From the NCBI RefSeq assembly GCF_000020225.1, contig NC_010655.1:1710001-1742000 (forward strand): a stretch of DNA of 32,000 nt, read 5' to 3'. The position numbers and the translations under genes were made by a program. Under the pieces are notes generated by a model. That model was given only the letters and a program-made list of their open reading frames with translations. It made no database searches and was not told the DNA's origin. How positions within the stretch are numbered: position 1 is the stretch's first letter; each line of letters starts with the position of its first letter. This document shows, one piece after another, positions 8,172 to 15,596 of this stretch. The stretch is from Akkermansia muciniphila ATCC BAA-835 (lineage in GTDB: Bacteria > Verrucomicrobiota > Verrucomicrobiia > Verrucomicrobiales > Akkermansiaceae).

Positions 8172-8558
8172 TTTTAAAGCCTGTGGATCAAATGATTTAC
8201 GGGTTTTGTTTTTTGAGCTGTTCCCTGGTGGTTGTCCGTAAAATAGATGGAGTGGAAGCGGGGTATGCCTGGAAAGATGAAAAACACCCCTGTTGCGGCG
8301 GGGCGGCCGAACCTGCAGCCAGTTAAAAAAGCCGGAAATCTTTTGTGTCCGAAACAACGCGGACAGAAAGGCGATGCAAAGTTCTTGTAACACCCGTGTG
8401 CTGACGAAAGCCTGGTCCCGGCGGCCCGGATTTTTTCTGACGGCGGGGCGGATGAATAAGATTTGTTAATGTGCCGGGCTGAAAAACGGTGTAAAGAAAA
8501 CCGCCGCGGGGTGGGAGGTGCGGCGGAATGGAGAAAATGATAGATGATAGAAATAGTT

Positions 8559-8990
8559 TTATTTCTTTTTTAGTATATAATATTCGGCCAGGACGCCCTG
8601 ATTGACTGTGCCTTCTTTGTCTGACAGCATTACTTTGCTTCCATCAAGTATTTTATAATAAGATTTTTCATTGGAAGAGGATTGGGCCAGTTCCATCAGG
8701 CGGCCATTGATGAAATGATAAGAGCCTTTTGATTCGAAAATAGCGTCTTTTTCTCCTATGTATTCGCTTCTCAACACATAAGTGTTATCGTTGTTTAATG
8801 TTAACGCCGTCCTGATTCCTTCACAATCGGCAGCAGGAAGAATTCCTTCATAAGTGCCGTAAAAATTTAAATTCTCCAACTGTTTTTCTGTTTTTGTTTC
8901 GCCGCTCTCAATTCGAGAATGATGATTTTGGGGGGAATCACAGCCGGTTATGGCAATTAAACATGCGGTCCATAAAAAATTTATTTTCAT
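8559..8990 (-). CDS. lipoprotein with NlpE N-terminal-domain homology
   Basis: MKINFLWTACLIAITGC carries a lipobox. YEGILPAADCEGIRTALTLNNDNTY aligns by eye with E. coli NlpE WRGVLPCADCEGIETSLFLEKDGTW, and NEKSYYKILDGSKVMLSDKEG aligns with GEKSYYRAKGDALEMLDREG. The gene is conspicuously AT-rich compared with its flanks. Confidence 0.8.
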   Translation of the reverse strand: MKINFLWTACLIAITGCDSPQNHHSRIESGETKTEKQLENLNFYGTYEGILPAADCEGIRTALTLNNDNTYVLRSEYIGEKDAIFESKGSYHFINGRLMELAQSSSNEKSYYKILDGSKVMLSDKEGTVNQGVLAEYYILKKK

Positions 8991-9366
8991 GACAAGTTTT
9001 TTTCAGCTGGTGGTTTGTGACGTGCGATGCTTGATCCAATGGGGCAGGGAAGGGAGTACGTTCGTTTCCTGTTTTTCCGGTTTTGCCGTAATATGATGAA
9101 AGTCTATGGAAGGGGCAAGATATTTTCTTTTCATGGAGCCCGCGAGTATTGATGAATGCCGGATTAAGTAATTTATCCCGTTTTTATTCAACTTTGCCGG
9201 AAGAAGAGTTTTCTAACCGGGATGGAGTGTTTTGTAGTCCGTTTTGCGAAGATGTTGTTTTTTTTGAGGGGAGCCGAGTGTCTGGGGAAGCCCTCTCTTT
9301 GCAGATATTGCCGAGAAGGCTGGATTTTTTGCTTGAGATTAGGAAGAAGGCTTGCAGAGTGGCTTG

Positions 9367-9648
9367 ATGAGGCCCGTCCGACAAAAGACATTTTCCGTTT
9401 CCTGGCTGGCGGGGTTGAGGTGGTCGTTTGGCGGGTATGTAACGGGAACACTTCTGGCGGCGGGTGCGGGGGCGCTGGATTTTCCCTTGCTGGCGCAGGT
9501 GATGCTTTTGGCCGCGGCGGTTTGTTTTGCCGCCTCTCTTGTTTGTGCGGGAGCGTGTTTCCGGGGCAGCAAGATTGCCCGGTGGTACTTGCTTCTTGTC
9601 CTCGTGATGATTATGGTTGCGGTTCTGTTTGGGAATGGAGGCGGTTAA
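9367..9648 (+). CDS. possible small membrane protein (about 3 TM helices)
   Basis: MRPVRQKTFSVSWLAGLRWSFGGYVTGTLLAAGAGALDFPLLAQVMLLAAAVCFAASLVCAGACF..WYLLLVLVMIMVAVLF. The first ATG is at 9367; the track ORF starts at TTG 9352. It ends 58 nt before the beta-barrel gene. No family recognised. Confidence 0.35.
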   Translation: MRPVRQKTFSVSWLAGLRWSFGGYVTGTLLAAGAGALDFPLLAQVMLLAAAVCFAASLVCAGACFRGSKIARWYLLLVLVMIMVAVLFGNGGG

Positions 9649-9706
9649 TTAGTCATTTGTATATCTTTTGATTGACCGCGTGCGCGCGTATGTATACTTT
9701 CCGGTC

Positions 9707-10687
9707 ATGCTCCTTCGATTCTTATCGAGTCTCTTTTTTGCGTCCGGCATTGTTTTGACCGCTCAGGCGAATACCCAGCCTTATCCGGATTCCGATTCTT
9801 CTGATGGATACGATACCGGTTTTTATGCAGAGGCTTATTCCGGCGGCTACGACAGCGCTCCGGCTCCGGCGGGGGAATCCGCCTCCAAGCCTGTTTTCCC
9901 CACGCAGTCCTATTTTGAATTGCTTGGCCCCATGGATTCCAGAAACGGGCGCGGAAGCGTGGATATCCAGAATTGGATGACGGATTTGAATTTGTGCAGG
10001 ATGTCCAGCGGTTCCTGGAATTTTTCTTCTACGGCGGCCTTGCGTCTGAGCTGGTTTAATGGAAAAGGAGCGGATGAGATGGATGTGGACCGGCTGTACA
10101 CGATTTGGCTGAATGTGAACGCCTCCTATGCCATCACGGGGAAGACGCGCCTGGTTTTCGGTGTGACGCCCCAGATTTCCACGGATTTCGATACATGGAC
10201 GAGCCATAATATTTTCTTGGGAGGCCATGTTCTTCTGGCAGGCCCCTTGAACGACCGGTTCAGCTATGGAATCGGCATCGGCTGTTATCCGCAGCTTGGG
10301 GATTATCCTTTCCTGCCCCTTATCCAGTTTAAATGGGAAGCTTCCCGCAATTGGACGCTTCAGCTGGAAGGGGCCCGCCTTTCCTATATCAACAAGGTGA
10401 GCGATGGGTTGAAGTGGGGACCCTTCGTTTCCGTGGTGTCCGGCACATGGACGATTCACCATGACCGCCGCGTCCGCCAGTTTGCATGGATTTCCGGCGT
10501 CGCCGGCATAGGCGCCGATGTGGGGTTGGGTCACTGGGGCAGCGTGCGCCCCAGGCTGGTGGCGGATGTCGGTTTTTCCTTCGGGAATTCCGGCACTATC
10601 AAGACAAGCAACGGAAGCCATGATTTGGAAAAATACCATTATGACCCCGGTTTTTATTTGCGTGCGGGGCTGCTATTTGAGTTTTGA
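9707..10687 (+). CDS. hypothetical outer-membrane beta-barrel protein
   Basis: The ATG at 9707 gives MLLRFLSSLFFASGIVLTAQA, a signal peptide. The body alternates hydrophobic and polar residues in strand-like segments with Gly/aromatic girdles. The C-terminal YLRAGLLFEF ends in Phe, the typical OMP sorting signature. The track ORF starts at TTG 9668. Confidence 0.55.
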   Translation: MLLRFLSSLFFASGIVLTAQANTQPYPDSDSSDGYDTGFYAEAYSGGYDSAPAPAGESASKPVFPTQSYFELLGPMDSRNGRGSVDIQNWMTDLNLCRMSSGSWNFSSTAALRLSWFNGKGADEMDVDRLYTIWLNVNASYAITGKTRLVFGVTPQISTDFDTWTSHNIFLGGHVLLAGPLNDRFSYGIGIGCYPQLGDYPFLPLIQFKWEASRNWTLQLEGARLSYINKVSDGLKWGPFVSVVSGTWTIHHDRRVRQFAWISGVAGIGADVGLGHWGSVRPRLVADVGFSFGNSGTIKTSNGSHDLEKYHYDPGFYLRAGLLFEF

Positions 10688-10716
10688 CCGGCCAACAGGA
10701 TTAGCGAATACATGAC

Positions 10717-10754
10717 AAAGGCCTCCGGTGCGTTGAATGTGCCGGAGGCCTTTT
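10717..10754. terminator. bidirectional hairpin terminator between the convergent OMP gene and ugd
   Basis: aaaggcctccgg (10717-10728) pairs with ccggaggccttt (10742-10753) around a 13-nt loop. T runs flank it on both strands. It sits between stops at 10687 (+) and 10797 (-). Confidence 0.6.
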
Positions 10755-10796
10755 ACATATGGGGACGTTTGAAGCCGGGACGGTTCCCGGAGGCAG

Positions 10797-12119
10797 TCAG
10801 GCTTCTTCAACGGAGGGTCTGCCCACGGAGTGGTATTCAAATCCTACGGCCCGGAGGTTTGCCGGGGAGAGGATGTTTCTTCCGTCAAAGATGATGCGGT
10901 TGCGCATGACTCCGGCGAGTTTCTGCAGATCCGCATTCGCATATTCGCTCCATTCCGTGGCGATGACCAGAACTTCCGCATCCCGGGCGCATTCGTACAT
11001 GTCTTCCACCAGTTTGACCCCCATAGGGTTCAGAATGGGGGCCGCCGTGTGCATGGCTTTGGGGTCCGTAGCGGTGACAATGGCTCCTTCCCCGCAGAGT
11101 TTTTCACATAGTTTCAGGGCGATGGATTCCCGGACGTCGTCCGTGTTCTGTTTGAAGGCAAGGCCCCAAACGGCTATCTTTTTGTCCTTGAGGACCCACA
11201 GGCGGTCCCGAATTCTGTCCAGGAAGTGGATATGCTGGGTATCATTGATGTGTTCCACTTCCTCCAACAGGGTGAAGGGAATGCCCAGCGTGCGGCTGAT
11301 GTTGATGAAGGCTTTGACGTCTTTCGGGAAGCAGGACCCGCCGTAGCCCAGCCCCGCGTTGAGAAAGTGGCGTGAGATGCGTTTGTCCATGCCGATGCCT
11401 TCCGCCACCAGTTCCACGTCTGCGCCCGTTTTTTCACAGACCTTGGCGACAGCGTTAATGTAGGAAATTTTCAGAGCCAAGAAGGAGTTGGCTGCGTGCT
11501 TGATGAGTTCCGCGGAGTTGACGTCCGTTTCCAGAATGGGGGCATGAATGGGCTGGTAAACGCGCTTGATGACGTTCATGGCCTGTTCCGAGTTGGCTCC
11601 AATGACAATGCGGTCAGGGTGCAGCAGGTCGTCCACGGCGCATCCTTCCCTCAGGAATTCTGGATTGGAGACAATGTCGAACTGAACATTCGGCCCCGCA
11701 TAGTGCTTGATGGTCTGGCTGACTTTTTCCCCGGTTTTGACGGGTACGGTGGATTTGTCCACAATGACCTTGTATCCCATTTCTGGTTGGAGCGCCTGGG
11801 CGATTTCCCTGGCCACTTTTTCAATGTAGGTCAGGTCCACGGAACCATCCGTATTGGGCGGCGTGGGCACGGCGATGAAGATGACTTCGCTTTCCGCAAT
11901 GGAAGCGGCGATGGAAGGGGAAAATTCCAGCCGCCCCACGGCTACGTTTTTTTTCACGAGCTCTTCCAGCTTGGGCTCGTAAATGGGGATGGCCCCGGAT
12001 TGAAGAGTACGTATTTTTTCCGTATTATTATCCACGCAAATGACGTGATGGCCCATTTCGGCAAAACAGGTGCCTGTGGTCAGCCCCACGTAACCACTGC
12101 CGATAATTGTTAAATTCAT
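10797..12119 (-). CDS. ugd: UDP-glucose 6-dehydrogenase
   Basis: MNLTIIGSGYVGLTTGTCFAEMGHHV is the Rossmann GxGxxG region. GYGGSCFPKDVKAF contains the catalytic Cys motif. The length (440 aa) is typical. Confidence 0.9.
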   Translation of the reverse strand: MNLTIIGSGYVGLTTGTCFAEMGHHVICVDNNTEKIRTLQSGAIPIYEPKLEELVKKNVAVGRLEFSPSIAASIAESEVIFIAVPTPPNTDGSVDLTYIEKVAREIAQALQPEMGYKVIVDKSTVPVKTGEKVSQTIKHYAGPNVQFDIVSNPEFLREGCAVDDLLHPDRIVIGANSEQAMNVIKRVYQPIHAPILETDVNSAELIKHAANSFLALKISYINAVAKVCEKTGADVELVAEGIGMDKRISRHFLNAGLGYGGSCFPKDVKAFINISRTLGIPFTLLEEVEHINDTQHIHFLDRIRDRLWVLKDKKIAVWGLAFKQNTDDVRESIALKLCEKLCGEGAIVTATDPKAMHTAAPILNPMGVKLVEDMYECARDAEVLVIATEWSEYANADLQKLAGVMRNRIIFDGRNILSPANLRAVGFEYHSVGRPSVEEA

Positions 12120-12230
12120 AGTGTTAGCGTAAATATTGGTAAAAACTTAACTGTATGGAAAAGTAAGAGCAGTCAACCCCTGAGCATTATGGGATAGGGA
12201 ATTTTTTCTGTCAAAATAAAAAGTTCCTGA

Positions 12231-12259
12231 TTGAGCGCCTCCTTTCCTTGTGGTATAAC
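12231..12259 (+). promoter_or_regulatory. candidate sigma70-like promoter for mdh with extended -10
   Basis: TTGAGC (12231-12236), a 17-nt spacer, then TGg-TATAAC (12251-12259), about 45 nt upstream of the mdh ATG in the AT-rich divergent ugd/mdh spacer. Confidence 0.35.
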
Positions 12260-12303
12260 CGTGACCAGACAGGAAAATATCTGTTTATTTTAATTTGAAC
12301 GTT

Positions 12304-13293
12304 ATGAAAACACCTATCACCGTTACCGTTACAGGAGCCGCCGGCCAAATTGCCTATTCCCTTCTGTTCCGTATTGCCTCCGGCAGCATGCTGGGGCCGG
12401 ATCAGCCGATCAACCTGCGCCTGCTGGAAATTCCCCCGGCCATGAATGCTCTGGAAGGGGTGGTGATGGAGTTGCGTGACGCCGCGTTCCCGCTGGTTAA
12501 TGAAATTGTCCCGACCAGCGATCCTGATGAAGCGTTCGCCGGCGCCAACTGGTGCCTGCTGGTAGGCTCCGTTCCCCGCAAGGCCGGTATGGAACGCAAG
12601 GACCTGCTGGATATCAACGGCAAGGTGTTCATCGGCCAGGGGCAGGCCATTGCCCGCAGCGCCGCCAAGGATGTGCGTGTGCTGGTGGTCGGCAACCCCT
12701 GCAATACGAATGCCCTTATTGCCATGCACAATGCGAGCGGCGTTCCCTCCGACCGCTTTTTTGCCATGACTCGCCTGGATGAAAACCGTGCCAAGAGCCA
12801 GCTTGCGGAAAAGGCCGGCGTCCATGTGACGGAAGTGACCAACATGGCCATCTGGGGCAATCATTCCTCCACCCAGTACCCTGATTTCACCAACGCCAGG
12901 ATTGGCGGAAAGCCTGTGACGGAAGTCATCAAGGATACGGAATGGCTTAAGGGCGATTTCATTACCACCGTGCAGCAGCGCGGTGCCGCCATTATCAAGG
13001 CACGCGGCGCTTCTTCCGCCGCTTCCGCCGCTTCCGCAGCCGTGGATACCGTCCGCAGCCTGGCTACCCAGACTCCGGAAGGCGACTGGTATTCCGTGGC
13101 CGTTTGCTCCGACGGTTCCTACGGCATTGAAAAAGGTCTTATCTGCTCCTTCCCGGTCCGCACCACCAAGGATGGCGGCTGGGAAATCGTGCAGGGGCTG
13201 CCGGTTGATGCGTTCTCCCGTGAAAAAATTGACGCTACCGTTAATGAACTGAAGGAAGAACGTGACGCTGTTTCCTCTTTGTTGAAGCATTAA
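12304..13293 (+). CDS. mdh: malate dehydrogenase (NAD-dependent, long cytosolic-type MDH family)
   Basis: [31 protein letters not shown] .. [24 protein letters not shown] .. [13 protein letters not shown] .. [12 protein letters not shown]. The ATG is at 12304; the track ORF starts at TTG 12295. Confidence 0.92.
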   Translation: MKTPITVTVTGAAGQIAYSLLFRIASGSMLGPDQPINLRLLEIPPAMNALEGVVMELRDAAFPLVNEIVPTSDPDEAFAGANWCLLVGSVPRKAGMERKDLLDINGKVFIGQGQAIARSAAKDVRVLVVGNPCNTNALIAMHNASGVPSDRFFAMTRLDENRAKSQLAEKAGVHVTEVTNMAIWGNHSSTQYPDFTNARIGGKPVTEVIKDTEWLKGDFITTVQQRGAAIIKARGASSAASAASAAVDTVRSLATQTPEGDWYSVAVCSDGSYGIEKGLICSFPVRTTKDGGWEIVQGLPVDAFSREKIDATVNELKEERDAVSSLLKH

Positions 13294-13311
13294 TGTTGAT
13301 TTGCTCTTGCG

Positions 13312-13345
13312 CCGGGTTTCCCGTTTTCGGGAAGCCCGGTTTTTT
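13312..13345 (+). terminator. intrinsic terminator of mdh
   Basis: ccgggtttccc (13312-13322) pairs with gggaagcccgg (13329-13339): 11 bp with one G-U and loop gttttc. TTTTTT follows at 13340-13345. Confidence 0.8.
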
Positions 13346-13436
13346 ATGTCCTGAAGATTCCATAAACCTCATTTTCTGCGGGACAGAAGTTTTCTTCCGT
13401 GTTAAAAAAAACGATGGATGCAGCATCCGCTAGTTT

Positions 13437-15587
13437 ATGGATCAGGACCGCATATTATACAGGGGAGAGGCTTTTACGCTGACCGGAAATTCCTTGCGCC
13501 AGGATGCCGCGCATTGGGCGGAGGTACAGCCGGACGGTCAGGTGAAAACCATGAAAAACGGCCGCTATTCCGAGTGGCGCATCTTTCCGGAAGCCGGGAA
13601 CGCCCCGCATTACCGGGGAAATTTTGAAGTGCTTAATCAGGCTTACGGCCTGGCGTTGCATGAGGCTGGAGCCCTGCTTAATGAAGAAGGGATGTTCCGG
13701 ACGGGAGCCAACTGGCCTACTGTGTGGACCCGGGATATTTCCTATTCCACCCATCTGGGATTGGGGTTGTGGAATGTCCGTGCCTGTATGAACAGTCTGA
13801 ATGCACGGGTCCGGAACGGGGAGGTGGAGCAGGATACCGGCACGGGCGGTTCCTGGCCCATTTCTTCCGACCGTGTGGTGTGGGGGATGGCTGCGTGGGA
13901 AGTTTACTGCCTGACGGGGGATGCCGACTGGCTGTCCCTTTCCTGCCGAGTGATGGAAAAGACATGCATGAGGGATGAACAGGTGCTTGCGGCCACGGGC
14001 GGCTTGATGAAGGGGGAATCGTCCGTGCTGGACTGGAGGGAGCAGAGCTACCCTGCGTGGATGACTTCTGCCGATATTGGGGATTCTTGCAGCCTGTCCA
14101 CCATGCTCCTGCATGCGGAGGCCCGCAAGATTCTGGCGCGGATGTTCCGGGAGCTGGGGCTGGAGGAGAAGGCCCGGGAGTGGGAGGAGAAGAGCGTTTC
14201 CCTGGCCGCGGTTATTGAGCGTTTTTTCAGGATTCCGGAACATGTCCTGTACGGGCAGTACCTGTACGGACGCGGGTATCCCGTACTGTCGGAGAAGGTG
14301 GATTCCCTGGGCAATCTGCTTTGCGTCCTTCTGGGGCAGGCTGGCGGTTCCCATGCCGCCGGGATGGTTGCCTCCCTTCCTCATGGCGTTTATGGCATTC
14401 CCTGCATCCATCCCCAGATGCCTGATAGCGTGCCCGCCTACCATAACCGCGCCATGTGGCCTTTCCTGGAGGGCTATTATGCGCAGGCCGCGGCGGCGGT
14501 GGAGAATGAATCTGCCCTGGCGCTGGCGGTCGCCTGCATGGTCCGTGCCGCCCTGTTGTGCGGCACGAACAAGGAAAATGTCCTTCTGGAAACGGGGCTG
14601 GATGAGGGGCTGCTGCTCAGTTCGGATAGCCAGCTCTGGAGTATTGCCGGCATGCTGGGCTGTTTTTACAAGGGATTGTTCGGCATCCGTCTGTCTCCGG
14701 ATTCTCTGGAATTCCGTCCTTGCGTTCCAAAGTCTTTTGAAGGCGTTCATGAGTTGTCCGGGCTGGAATACCGCGGCATGACGGTAGATGTGTTTCTGCA
14801 GGGCTGCGGGCACCGGATAGCGCGGTGCCTGGTCAACGGGCAGGAGGCCCCTCCCGTCCTTTTGCCGGGCATGAAGGGGCGCGTTTTTGTGAAATTGGAG
14901 CTGGACGGCGGAGAAGAGGATGAAGGGGCGGTGAATTTAACCCGCATGGGCAGCAGCCTGGAGTCTCCTGCGTGGAAGGCGGCGCGCCATGGTATTGCAT
15001 GGGAGTCTGTGGAAGGAGCCGATTATTACCGTGTTTACCGGAATGGCATCCCTGTGTCTCAAACGGAGTACTGCCATTATATCCCCGCACCCGGCCGGGG
15101 GGACGTGTCTTTCCAGGTGATGGCAGTCGCTCTGGATGGGAGGGAGTCTTATCTTAATGAACCCAATGATTATCCTTCTGCGGATTCCCGCATGGAGACG
15201 CGCCCCTGCGGCTTGAGCGGGGATGAAGTCTGGTTTTCCCGCGTCACGGAATCCCCGGACGCTCTTTGTTACAATGTCAATATAGATAAGCCCGGAGTGT
15301 ACCGGGTGGACGCCTTTTTCGCTAACGGCACTTATGATGTTTCAGACGGGAATACCTGCGCCCTGCGCAGTCTGTACCTGAACGGCAGGCGCGCAGGCAC
15401 GCTGGCTTTCCCCCATACGTCCCGTTCCGGAAACTGGGAGTATTTTATTTATTCAACGGCAGTGGAAACGGTGATGACGCCCGGTCCCTGCCGTGTGGAA
15501 GTGGTGTATGATTCCTTTTCCGAAAATATGAATCGTCTGGTGAATGATATGGTGATAAAACACCTTCGGTTTACCCGTATATCCTGA
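13437..15587 (+). CDS. six-hairpin (alpha/alpha)6-type glycoside-hydrolase-like protein with C-terminal Fn3-like and CBM6/35-like modules; no signal peptide
   Basis: ANWPTVWTRDISYS (WTRD at 13725-13736) resembles the GH15/GH63/GDE six-hairpin signature, and a helix-rich region of about 400 aa follows. WESVEGADYYRVYRNGIPVS..FQVMAVALDGRES looks Fn3-like. YRVDAFFANGTYDV..ALRSLYLNGRRAGTLAFPHTSRSGNWEYF..VETVMTPGPCRVEVVY looks like a CBM6/35 pattern. An in-frame TAG at 13431-13433 precludes a longer N-terminus. Confidence 0.6.
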   Translation: MDQDRILYRGEAFTLTGNSLRQDAAHWAEVQPDGQVKTMKNGRYSEWRIFPEAGNAPHYRGNFEVLNQAYGLALHEAGALLNEEGMFRTGANWPTVWTRDISYSTHLGLGLWNVRACMNSLNARVRNGEVEQDTGTGGSWPISSDRVVWGMAAWEVYCLTGDADWLSLSCRVMEKTCMRDEQVLAATGGLMKGESSVLDWREQSYPAWMTSADIGDSCSLSTMLLHAEARKILARMFRELGLEEKAREWEEKSVSLAAVIERFFRIPEHVLYGQYLYGRGYPVLSEKVDSLGNLLCVLLGQAGGSHAAGMVASLPHGVYGIPCIHPQMPDSVPAYHNRAMWPFLEGYYAQAAAAVENESALALAVACMVRAALLCGTNKENVLLETGLDEGLLLSSDSQLWSIAGMLGCFYKGLFGIRLSPDSLEFRPCVPKSFEGVHELSGLEYRGMTVDVFLQGCGHRIARCLVNGQEAPPVLLPGMKGRVFVKLELDGGEEDEGAVNLTRMGSSLESPAWKAARHGIAWESVEGADYYRVYRNGIPVSQTEYCHYIPAPGRGDVSFQVMAVALDGRESYLNEPNDYPSADSRMETRPCGLSGDEVWFSRVTESPDALCYNVNIDKPGVYRVDAFFANGTYDVSDGNTCALRSLYLNGRRAGTLAFPHTSRSGNWEYFIYSTAVETVMTPGPCRVEVVYDSFSENMNRLVNDMVIKHLRFTRIS

Positions 15588-15596
15588 TATTAGTTC

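Noticed and set aside
7786-8393. ORFs 7786-8172 (-), 8106-8393 (-) and 8114-8326 (+) overlapping the tRNA-Phe/tRNA-Pro genes; likewise 27311-27751 (-) and 27635-27850 (+) over tRNA-Pro(GGG).
   Set aside because: They are read across well-folded tRNA genes, and the translations are not protein-like.
8172-9350. Interpreting the tRNA-adjacent AT-rich islet as an integrative mobile element.
   Set aside because: By eye there is no integrase, recombinase or transposase ORF and no direct repeat of the tRNA-Pro 3-prime end. Only compositional deviation supports foreign origin, so it is reported as an observation and not as a mobile_element feature.
9222-9671. 149-aa ORF overlapping the small membrane ORF.
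   Set aside because: The Gly/Cys/Arg-rich translation has no structure-like pattern. The alternative frame (9367-9648) gives three clean hydrophobic helices and is the better, though still weak, candidate.
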